Positions 37,857-45,003 of a DNA stretch of 52,702 bases are shown here, piece after piece; the first letter of the stretch is position 1; each line of letters opens with the position of its first letter. The notes beneath the pieces are model-generated. The model worked only from the letters and a program-made list of their open reading frames with translations, was not told where the DNA came from and did no database searches. The DNA lies in NCBI GenBank assembly GCA_947625855.1, contig CANQPW010000005.1:1-52702 (forward strand). The letters run 5' to 3'. Made by a program: the position numbers and the translations under genes. Source of the DNA: an uncultured Clostridia bacterium. Lineage in GTDB: Bacteria > Bacillota > Clostridia > TANB77 > CAG-465.

Positions 37857-38513
37857 TTGATAAAAATAGAAAATTTATGTATATCAAATTTTGAAGGCGC
37901 ATTAAGAGGTATGAGAAATCCACTAGAATCTTGGGATAAAAGTGATAGTCATTGGGATGAAGAACACCAAAAATATATAATTGGTGAAAAAGATTTAACT
38001 CTTGCATTAAAACTTACTAAATCTGGTTCTGACCATTCTAAATTTTTAAGACAAATTTTTGTTTCAATGGATATTACCGCTCCAATGTCTTGGTGGTGGG
38101 ATTTTGATACATATAAGATTGCTACTGTAAGAAATAGTACAAGTAGAATGCATAAACTTGGTACAAGGCTTTTAACATTTGATGATTTTTCTATTGATGA
38201 TGAACATGGAAATCCAAACATTACACCTTTTAGAGAATTTGTACTAAACGATCTAAATAGAAGAATTACCGAATATCAAAAATTAAAAGCAGATGGAAAA
38301 ATGGATGAGGCTATGACTTTATGGCGTGAAATTATTTTTGATTCACCACAAAATTATAACTTTAGATCTACTTGGACTGGAAATTATGAAAATATGAGAA
38401 ATATATATAAAGCTAGAAAAAATCATAAGCAAAGAGAATTTAGGGATTTTTGCAAATATATTGAAGAAAATTTCCCATATAGTGAGCTTATCACTACTAC
38501 AAGAGAAGGTTAG
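37857..38513 (+). CDS. Divergent ThyX-fold (flavin-dependent thymidylate synthase-like) protein lacking the RHR motif
   Basis: Aligns by eye to T. maritima ThyX: [47 protein letters not shown] versus LTKSGSDHSKFLRQIFVSMDITAPMSWWWDFDTYKIATVRNSTSRMHKL. A later R..W..N......R block is also present. The TTG at 37857 lies 8 nt after AGGGAG (the GTG at 37848 overlaps the RBS). Confidence 0.7.
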   Translation: MIKIENLCISNFEGALRGMRNPLESWDKSDSHWDEEHQKYIIGEKDLTLALKLTKSGSDHSKFLRQIFVSMDITAPMSWWWDFDTYKIATVRNSTSRMHKLGTRLLTFDDFSIDDEHGNPNITPFREFVLNDLNRRITEYQKLKADGKMDEAMTLWREIIFDSPQNYNFRSTWTGNYENMRNIYKARKNHKQREFRDFCKYIEENFPYSELITTTREG

Positions 38514-38522
38514 GTGATATTA

Positions 38523-39098
38523 ATGGCAAATTCTAAATTAATTGTTGTTGAAGGACCACAAGGAGCTGGTAAAACTACAATTACAGATTTTATTAGACAC
38601 AGTTTAAAATATACTAATTTATATAGACTATGTGGTACTGCTGATAGTACTGAAAGTGGCAAGAAAAAAGCAACTGATATGTATTATGATTTATTAGAAT
38701 ATATAAAAAAGCTAGAAAATCAAAGTATAAATCTTGTTTTTGATAGAACATTTTTTACAGAAGAAATTTATTGTAGACTTAATTTTAAAGAATATAAATT
38801 TACAGATGTATATGAAGATTTATTAAAAAAATTTAATGATTTAGATTTTGATATATATTTTATTACTTTATACTTAGAAAATACTGATTTATACTTAAAG
38901 CGTTTAATGCGTAGTGATAAAGCTATTCCTGAATATGCAAAGTTTACTGCTCAAAGTAGTATAAATCAACAAAATGCATATTTGCAAATGGCTGATGAAA
39001 TTTCAAAAAGTTGTCCTAATATAAAAGTATTTAAAGTATCTAACGATCAAGATGAACAATCTATAAAATCAAAAATAAAAGAAATACTTAATTTTTAA
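38523..39098 (+). CDS. dTMP/dNMP-kinase-like P-loop protein
   Basis: LIVVEGPQGAGKTT P-loop at the N-terminus and a VFDRTFFTEEIY (DRY/F-like) motif. The ATG at 38523 follows AGGTGA, which overlaps the upstream stop, indicating translational coupling. Confidence 0.75.
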   Translation: MANSKLIVVEGPQGAGKTTITDFIRHSLKYTNLYRLCGTADSTESGKKKATDMYYDLLEYIKKLENQSINLVFDRTFFTEEIYCRLNFKEYKFTDVYEDLLKKFNDLDFDIYFITLYLENTDLYLKRLMRSDKAIPEYAKFTAQSSINQQNAYLQMADEISKSCPNIKVFKVSNDQDEQSIKSKIKEILNF

Positions 39099-39170
39099 GA
39101 AAAAAATTAACAAAAATTCTTAAAATATGTCTATAAAAACTAATTAGTTCATTATTTTTAAGTAAATCTC

Positions 39171-39199
39171 TTGATTTTTATTTCGTTTTATGCTAAAAT
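39171..39199 (+). promoter_or_regulatory. rpsT promoter
   Basis: TTGATT, 17-nt spacer, TAAAAT. Confidence 0.5.
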
Positions 39200-39238
39200 A
39201 GGCTAGTAACAAATAATTTAATTTTAAGGAGGTGCACT

Positions 39239-39493
39239 ATGCCAAACATAAAATCAGCAAAAAAGAGAGTAAAAATAATCGAAACTAAAACAGCTCAAAA
39301 TAGAGTAACTAAAAAAGCTTATAAAGAAGCTATAAAAGATTTTGAAGTTGCTGTAAAAGATAATTCTAAAAATAAAACTGAATTATATAATAAGGCTGTA
39401 AGCCTAATAGATAAAGCTTGGTCTAAAGGAGTTCTTGCAAAAAATACAGCTGCAAGAAAAAAAGCAGGACTAGCAAAATTGTTAAATAAGTAA
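39239..39493 (+). CDS. rpsT: 30S ribosomal protein S20
   Basis: MPNIKSAKKRVKIIETKTAQNR is canonical. Confidence 0.97.
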   Translation: MPNIKSAKKRVKIIETKTAQNRVTKKAYKEAIKDFEVAVKDNSKNKTELYNKAVSLIDKAWSKGVLAKNTAARKKAGLAKLLNK

Positions 39494-39496
39494 AAT

Positions 39497-39536
39497 AAAA
39501 AGCATTTTAGATTTTTCTAAATGCTTTTTATTTTTT
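39497..39536. terminator. Bidirectional terminator (rpsT / antiporter)
   Basis: AAAAGCATTTTAG...CTAAATGCTTTT hairpin followed by TTATTTTTT. Confidence 0.7.
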
Positions 39537-39542
39537 ATATTT

Positions 39543-40499
39543 TTATAAAAATAAATTTATTATATACAACATATATATTAAAATCAAAAGTAATGCCTTT
39601 TTCCTTGATATCATGTTATCTTTATCAAATTTTACAATTATACTTATAACTATTGTTACTATTATAAGTAAAATAATATTAATATTAAAATCTACTGAAT
39701 AAGATAATGGTCTGATAACAGAACCAAGTCCAACAAGCATACATAAATTCAATATATTGGATCCTACGACATTACCTAATGCTATATCTCCTTCATCTCT
39801 TAAACAAGCTATAATTGATGTTACAATCTCAGGTAAAGCAGTTCCAATTGCAATTATAGTCATACTTATTACCATTTCACTTACTTTTAATCCTTCTGCT
39901 ATTGCAACACAATTATCTACTACTATATCAGAACCAAATTTTAGTCCTAATAATCCTAGTAAAAAATATATAATTATAGTTAGTGTAGACATTTTATTTA
40001 TATGCTCTATTTTTGTTCTTTCTTCCCTTGTTATTTCTCTTTTTTCTTCAAAAATTGTATAAAGCATATATATGATAGTACATCCAAGAAGTATTATTCC
40101 CTCAGTTCTTGATATCATATTTGCTCCACCAAATGTTGAATTTCCAAGGAATAGTAAAAGAATCATTGAAGCTATGCCTATTGGAATATGTACTTTTGTA
40201 ATTCTTTTATTCAACCTTATTGGTCTTACTAAGCTTGCTATTCCAAGGACTAATAACAAATTACATATACAACTTCCTATTGCATTTCCTATAATTAAGT
40301 CAGAATGATTACCAAGTGCAGAGCTTATAGTTATAAATACCTCAGGCAGTGATGTTCCAACTGAAACTATTGTAAGTCCAATTATCATCTCTGAAAGTCT
40401 TAGTCTTCTTGCAATTCCTGATGCACTTTTTACTAAAAAGTCTGCCCCTTTTACTAGTAATATCATTCCTACAACAACTAAAATGAAATTTTTTAACAT
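39543..40499 (-). CDS. CaCA-family sodium/calcium antiporter (YrbG-like)
   Basis: Two alpha-repeats, GNAIGSCICNLLLVLG and GNVVGSNILNLCMLVG. About 10 TM helices. Confidence 0.88.
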   Translation of the reverse strand: MLKNFILVVVGMILLVKGADFLVKSASGIARRLRLSEMIIGLTIVSVGTSLPEVFITISSALGNHSDLIIGNAIGSCICNLLLVLGIASLVRPIRLNKRITKVHIPIGIASMILLLFLGNSTFGGANMISRTEGIILLGCTIIYMLYTIFEEKREITREERTKIEHINKMSTLTIIIYFLLGLLGLKFGSDIVVDNCVAIAEGLKVSEMVISMTIIAIGTALPEIVTSIIACLRDEGDIALGNVVGSNILNLCMLVGLGSVIRPLSYSVDFNINIILLIIVTIVISIIVKFDKDNMISRKKALLLILIYMLYIINLFL

Positions 40500-40523
40500 A
40501 TATAACCTCTCTTATCTTTTGTA

Positions 40524-41450
40524 TTATTTTAAAAATCCATTTATTATTTCTTTTTCTGCTTCTTTTTCTGTTAATCCAAATGTCATAAGTTTTGTCACTT
40601 GTTCTCCTGCTATCTTTCCTATTGCTGCTTCATGAATAAGTCTTGCATCTATATTATTTGCATAAATTTCTGGTATTGATTTAACACTTGCATTATCCAT
40701 TATGATTGCATCACATTCAACATGTCCGAAGCATTTTTCATTACCTATTACTCTTGATATAAATTCTTGACTTGAATTTTCCTTTGCAACAGACCTCGAT
40801 GTAACTTTTGTACTTGAATTTTCACCGTTTAGTTCTACCTTAAATTCAGTTTTAGCAAATTGATCTTTATGTGTCATAATCTTTTCTGATATAATTAAAC
40901 TAGCATTTTTAGATAAAACTCCACTTGTCTTTCTTATAGCACTATCTACACCTTCAATTTGTACTGTTTCCATTTCAAGATATGAATTCTCTCCTAAATT
41001 AACTATGGTTACAGGATTTAACACTCTTTTTCCTGTTCCTTCTCCTTCACCATAATGTTTTTCTACATATTTTACTTTTGCACCTTTTTCTAAATGAAAA
41101 CTATGTATGCCATCATGTTGTGCTGTTTGACAACTATTATTATGAATTCCACATCCTGCTACAATTAATACATCTGCATTTTCTCCAATATAAAAATCAT
41201 TATAGACAACATCTGTCATACCTCCCTGTGTTAATATTACGGGAATATGTACAGTTTCAGATTTTGTATTTGCTTTTACATATATATCAATTCCTGGTTT
41301 ATCTTTTTTTGTAACAATATTTATATTTTCTGTTGTATTTCTCATTATGCCTTTTCCATTTTCACGTATGTTAAAAGCACCATGTGGAACATCATCTATA
41401 TCTGATACTTTTTTTAATATAAAACGTTCTACATCATTAAATTTACTCAT
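40524..41450 (-). CDS. SufB/SufD-family Fe-S cluster assembly protein (short form)
   Basis: C-terminal ...EAAIGKIAGEQVTKLMTFGLTEKEAEKEIINGFL is typical of SufBD. Overlaps sufC by 8 nt. Confidence 0.85.
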   Translation of the reverse strand: MSKFNDVERFILKKVSDIDDVPHGAFNIRENGKGIMRNTTENINIVTKKDKPGIDIYVKANTKSETVHIPVILTQGGMTDVVYNDFYIGENADVLIVAGCGIHNNSCQTAQHDGIHSFHLEKGAKVKYVEKHYGEGEGTGKRVLNPVTIVNLGENSYLEMETVQIEGVDSAIRKTSGVLSKNASLIISEKIMTHKDQFAKTEFKVELNGENSSTKVTSRSVAKENSSQEFISRVIGNEKCFGHVECDAIIMDNASVKSIPEIYANNIDARLIHEAAIGKIAGEQVTKLMTFGLTEKEAEKEIINGFLK

Positions 41451-42162
41451 CTTTTTTCTCCTTTAAGAACCTACATCTTTTAGTATTTTCCATTAAATAT
41501 GGTAAAACTTCTTCTTTTTTTCCTTTTGCTTTTATTTTTCCATTTGATATAAGTATTAATTCATCAGCAATATTTAATATTCTTTCCTGATGAGATATTA
41601 TTACTATTGAGCTCTCTATTTTCTCATGTAATCTTTCAAACACTTCAATTAAGCTATTAAAACTCCATAAGTCAATTCCTGCTTCTGGTTCATCAAAGAT
41701 TACAATTTTACCTTCTCTTGCAACTACGGTAGCTATCTCAATTCTTTTTAACTCTCCTCCTGAAAGTGATGAATTAACTTCTCTTCTCATATATTCATTT
41801 GGACATAGTCCAACATCAGATAAATATTTACATGCCTCAGAAAACTTAACTCTTTTACCTAAAGCCATACATATTAAATCATATACTGTTATTCCTTTAA
41901 ATTTTATTGGTTGTTGAAATGCAAAGCTAATACCTAATTTTGCTCTTTCATCTATTCCCATATTAGTTATATCTTTGCCATCAAACAAAATCTTTCCACT
42001 ATCAGGTTTTTCTATTCCCATTATAATTTTTGCAAGAGTAGATTTACCTCCACCATTTGGACCTGTTATTACAATATATTTTTTATCATCTATAATTAAA
42101 CTTACATTATCTATTATTTTTTTATTATCCCTTGTAAAACATATATTTTTTAATTCTAGCAT
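41443..42162 (-). CDS. sufC: Fe-S cluster assembly ATPase SufC
   Basis: Walker A GPNGGGKST, signature LSGGELKR, Walker B IVIFDEPEAGID. Confidence 0.9.
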   Translation of the reverse strand: MLELKNICFTRDNKKIIDNVSLIIDDKKYIVITGPNGGGKSTLAKIIMGIEKPDSGKILFDGKDITNMGIDERAKLGISFAFQQPIKFKGITVYDLICMALGKRVKFSEACKYLSDVGLCPNEYMRREVNSSLSGGELKRIEIATVVAREGKIVIFDEPEAGIDLWSFNSLIEVFERLHEKIESSIVIISHQERILNIADELILISNGKIKAKGKKEEVLPYLMENTKRCRFLKEKKDE

Positions 42163-42248
42163 ATTTTAATTCCTTTCTAAATTTGCATATTAATTATATC
42201 ATAAGTTTGAAAAAATTTATATATTTTTTTATATTTTTCCTACAATAC

Positions 42249-42274
42249 AAAAAAGATTACACAATTGTGTAATC
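42249..42274 (-). terminator. Perfect 20-bp palindrome plus T run, likely the terminator of the upstream operon
   Basis: GATTACACAATTGTGTAATC (42255-42274) followed on the minus strand by TTTTTT. Confidence 0.55.
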
Positions 42275-42444
42275 AAAAAAATAAAAAAATATAACATGCA
42301 CTAATAATTTTTACCATATTAATGGTATTGTTCATTGACATTATCATAGTCAACTATTTATATTATAATCCATCTTGAATTATAAGTAAAATATAAAAAT
42401 ATTATACTTAGTATAAGTTAATCTTATAATTAAAATCATATACT

Positions 42445-43515
42445 TTACAATGTATTTGTTCTTTTTTTATAATCTACACCTAAATATTCTTTCCTAGAAA
42501 GCCTATGCATTTCTTCTAAAAAATCAAATTTACTTTTAGTGTATTTTCTTCTATCATCTGCATACTTTTCAGCAAGTGTTGTTTTTAAATTTAAGTATGC
42601 ATCAAAAGCCTCTTTATGCTCGATTATATAATCTCTAACCAATACATAATCATACCAAACTTCACTATTTAACGTTGTTAAATAAAGATGCTCTTCTCTT
42701 TTATTACCTATACCTTTAACAAATCCATACCTATCATTTGTAGATTCAATAGGTCCTTTATATATATATCCATTTGCTACAAGTTTTTTTACAGCATATT
42801 CTACTGAGCCAATAGAATCAAGAGCTACTACAATATCTATTATAGGTTTTGCAGGCATATTAGGTATAGAAGTACTGCCAACATGCTCAATTTGCACAAC
42901 TTTTTTTCCAAGTATATTTTGTAAATTTTCTTTTTCTTTTAAAAAAGCTTCTTTCCAAGCATCATTATGAGGTACCAATTTTACCGTATTTATTTCAAGC
43001 CCTATTCCATTTGAATTATAGTTTCCCCATTTTGATTTTACAATTATTTCATCTTTAGTTATTTCAAGTATTGTATATGAAAACAAACAATTATCTTCTC
43101 TTGGTTCAGAAATAGAACCAGGATTTATTACTATAATTCCATCTTGATAAATACATTTTTGTATATGATTATGTCCATAAAGTACAATATCTGCTCCAAC
43201 ACTTTTTGCCTTTTCTACTAACTTATCAACTCCAAGTTTGATGTTATATAAATGTCCATGAGTTGCAAAAATTTTTACACCATATATATCAAATATTGCC
43301 TCTTTAGGTTCCATCCATTCCATATCATGATTTCCCATAATATAATATGTTTTTAAATTTTTATATTTATTTTCTATTAAACCAATGTCACCATAATAAT
43401 CACCTAAATGAATTAAGCAATCAATATTACCCTCATTTTCAAAAATATCATCCATATAATCAATTAAGCCATGAGTATCAGATATTATTACTACTTTCTT
43501 TTTCATACTACTCAC
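42445..43515 (-). CDS. Fusion protein: YfcE/MJ0936-type metallophosphoesterase plus a GrpB domain
   Basis: N-terminal motifs ISDTHG, GDYYGD, GNHD, THGH, GHNH. C-terminal IEHVGSTSIPNMPAKPIIDIVVAL is the GrpB signature. Confidence 0.85.
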   Translation of the reverse strand: MSSMKKKVVIISDTHGLIDYMDDIFENEGNIDCLIHLGDYYGDIGLIENKYKNLKTYYIMGNHDMEWMEPKEAIFDIYGVKIFATHGHLYNIKLGVDKLVEKAKSVGADIVLYGHNHIQKCIYQDGIIVINPGSISEPREDNCLFSYTILEITKDEIIVKSKWGNYNSNGIGLEINTVKLVPHNDAWKEAFLKEKENLQNILGKKVVQIEHVGSTSIPNMPAKPIIDIVVALDSIGSVEYAVKKLVANGYIYKGPIESTNDRYGFVKGIGNKREEHLYLTTLNSEVWYDYVLVRDYIIEHKEAFDAYLNLKTTLAEKYADDRRKYTKSKFDFLEEMHRLSRKEYLGVDYKKRTNTL

Positions 43516-44230
43516 CTAAATCTATTTCTATATCATCATTTTTATTAAAATTAGTGGAATTATTATCTTCTGTATTTCCTATAATAACATCATCACCTTT
43601 ATATTTGATTTCATTATTCATTTCAATCATTTTAATAAAAGCTTCACTATCATCTACTTCTTTTATTTTTCTAAAACTTCTTTTAATTTCATCTCTTGAA
43701 ACTATATTAGTCAAAGTAGTTGCTTTATCATTTCTTAAATCTCTTATATCTTCTAATTCATCAATTACTTCTTCTGTAACTTTTATATATGATTTTTCTT
43801 TTTCTTTTAATTTATCTAATAATATACTTATCTCTTTTTCATCTGAAGTACCTTCAACAAGAATAGATATATTATCTGAGTTTTCAATGTGTTCACCTTC
43901 AAAATCAATCACAAATAAAATATTTACTTTATCTTCTTTTACTGTTACTATGATATTATCGTTTTTTGTTATAGCTGTATCATTATTATTAAAATAATAC
44001 ATATTTTCAGTTATGCTATATAACTCCTTTAATACACTTTTTGTTATAGTCTGATTACTAACACCAATAAACATTCTGATATCTTTATTAGAACTTAAAG
44101 CTTTTTTTAATATGTCAATTCCAAAATTATCTATCCTATCAATACAAAAAGTAATATTTGTTTCTTTTTCATGTAATATTTTAGATATAGTCTTCTTTAA
44201 TTCATTTTTATAAATAAATGTTATATTCAT
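43508..44230 (-). CDS. Hypothetical acidic protein (240 aa), translationally coupled to the fusion gene
   Basis: 8-nt overlap with the downstream gene. No family recognised. Confidence 0.7.
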   Translation of the reverse strand: MNITFIYKNELKKTISKILHEKETNITFCIDRIDNFGIDILKKALSSNKDIRMFIGVSNQTITKSVLKELYSITENMYYFNNNDTAITKNDNIIVTVKEDKVNILFVIDFEGEHIENSDNISILVEGTSDEKEISILLDKLKEKEKSYIKVTEEVIDELEDIRDLRNDKATTLTNIVSRDEIKRSFRKIKEVDDSEAFIKMIEMNNEIKYKGDDVIIGNTEDNNSTNFNKNDDIEIDLGE

Positions 44231-44294
44231 TACTCTCTCCTCACATACTTAGTATTTTAACATATTACCACGCTTTATTCAATAAAAAGCCAAA

Positions 44295-44903
44295 TCACAT
44301 CATTAAATAATCATTAAAATTTTCTAATTCAAATTCTCTTTTATCTTTATTTATAACTAAAGAATATATACCTGCATTTGATACTTTAATAGGCTTTATT
44401 TTATTTGAAAATTCCATATTATTTATATATCTATATATAATATTTATTACTCCACTATGAGTAACAATCATTATATTATTATACATTTCATTTTCTTTAA
44501 TTATATCTTCAAAATCTTTTATTATTCTATTATAAAACTCTATTGGACTTTCTCCACCTGGATATCTTTCATCTATATCTAATGTATTGTAATATAGCCC
44601 TGGATATTTTTTCTCTGCTTCAGTATTTAACATTCCTGCTAATTTTCCATTATTCATTTCTCTTAATCTTTTTGTATATTCTACTTTTAGTTTTAATTTT
44701 TCATTTATTATTTCAGTAGTTTGTCTTGCTCTTAATAAATCACTTGATATTATTTTTTCAATTTTATATTCTTTTTGTTTATCCTCTAAATAATCTGCTA
44801 ACTTTTTTACTTGACATATTCCCTCATCTATTATAGGTTGATTACTCCATCCACCCCTATAATTTCCATCATCCTTTCCATGTCTAATAAAATAAATTTT
44901 CAT
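44295..44903 (-). CDS. Histidine phosphatase (phosphoglycerate mutase-like) family protein, copy 1
   Basis: RHG motif (IYFIRHGKDD) and a second catalytic His (IVTHSGVI). The ATG at 44903 lies 7 nt after GGAGGA. Confidence 0.88.
   Translation of the reverse strand: MKIYFIRHGKDDGNYRGGWSNQPIIDEGICQVKKLADYLEDKQKEYKIEKIISSDLLRARQTTEIINEKLKLKVEYTKRLREMNNGKLAGMLNTEAEKKYPGLYYNTLDIDERYPGGESPIEFYNRIIKDFEDIIKENEMYNNIMIVTHSGVINIIYRYINNMEFSNKIKPIKVSNAGIYSLVINKDKREFELENFNDYLMM
44303..44903 (-). repeat. 601-bp direct repeat, copy 1 (histidine phosphatase gene)
   Basis: Collinear with 50703..51303 at an exact offset of 6400 bp with no indels. About 10 amino-acid differences out of about 200. Confidence 0.9.
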
Positions 44904-44969
44904 CAATCATTCCTCCATCTTAACTTTATATATACATTATATCATGGCTTCATAATTATATAAAGTGAA

Positions 44970-45000
44970 TTTGAGGTATGAATTTATCTCATACCTCAAA
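44970..45000 (-). terminator. Hairpin immediately after the permease stop (no clear T tail)
   Basis: TTTGAGGTATGA-ATTTATC-TCATACCTCAAA, a 12-bp stem. Confidence 0.35.
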
Positions 45001-45003
45001 AAA

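Noticed and set aside
37792-38221. Minus-strand ORFs 37792..38007 and 37949..38221 opposite the ThyX-like gene.
   Set aside because: The plus-strand ORF has the family-level alignment and the RBS. The minus-strand ORFs overlap each other and the promoter region.
43347-43997. 216-aa plus-strand ORF spanning the junction of two minus-strand genes.
   Set aside because: It is antisense to two genes with clear domain signatures. The translation is S/L/I/F low-complexity, typical of antisense frames of A-rich coding DNA, and it has no RBS.
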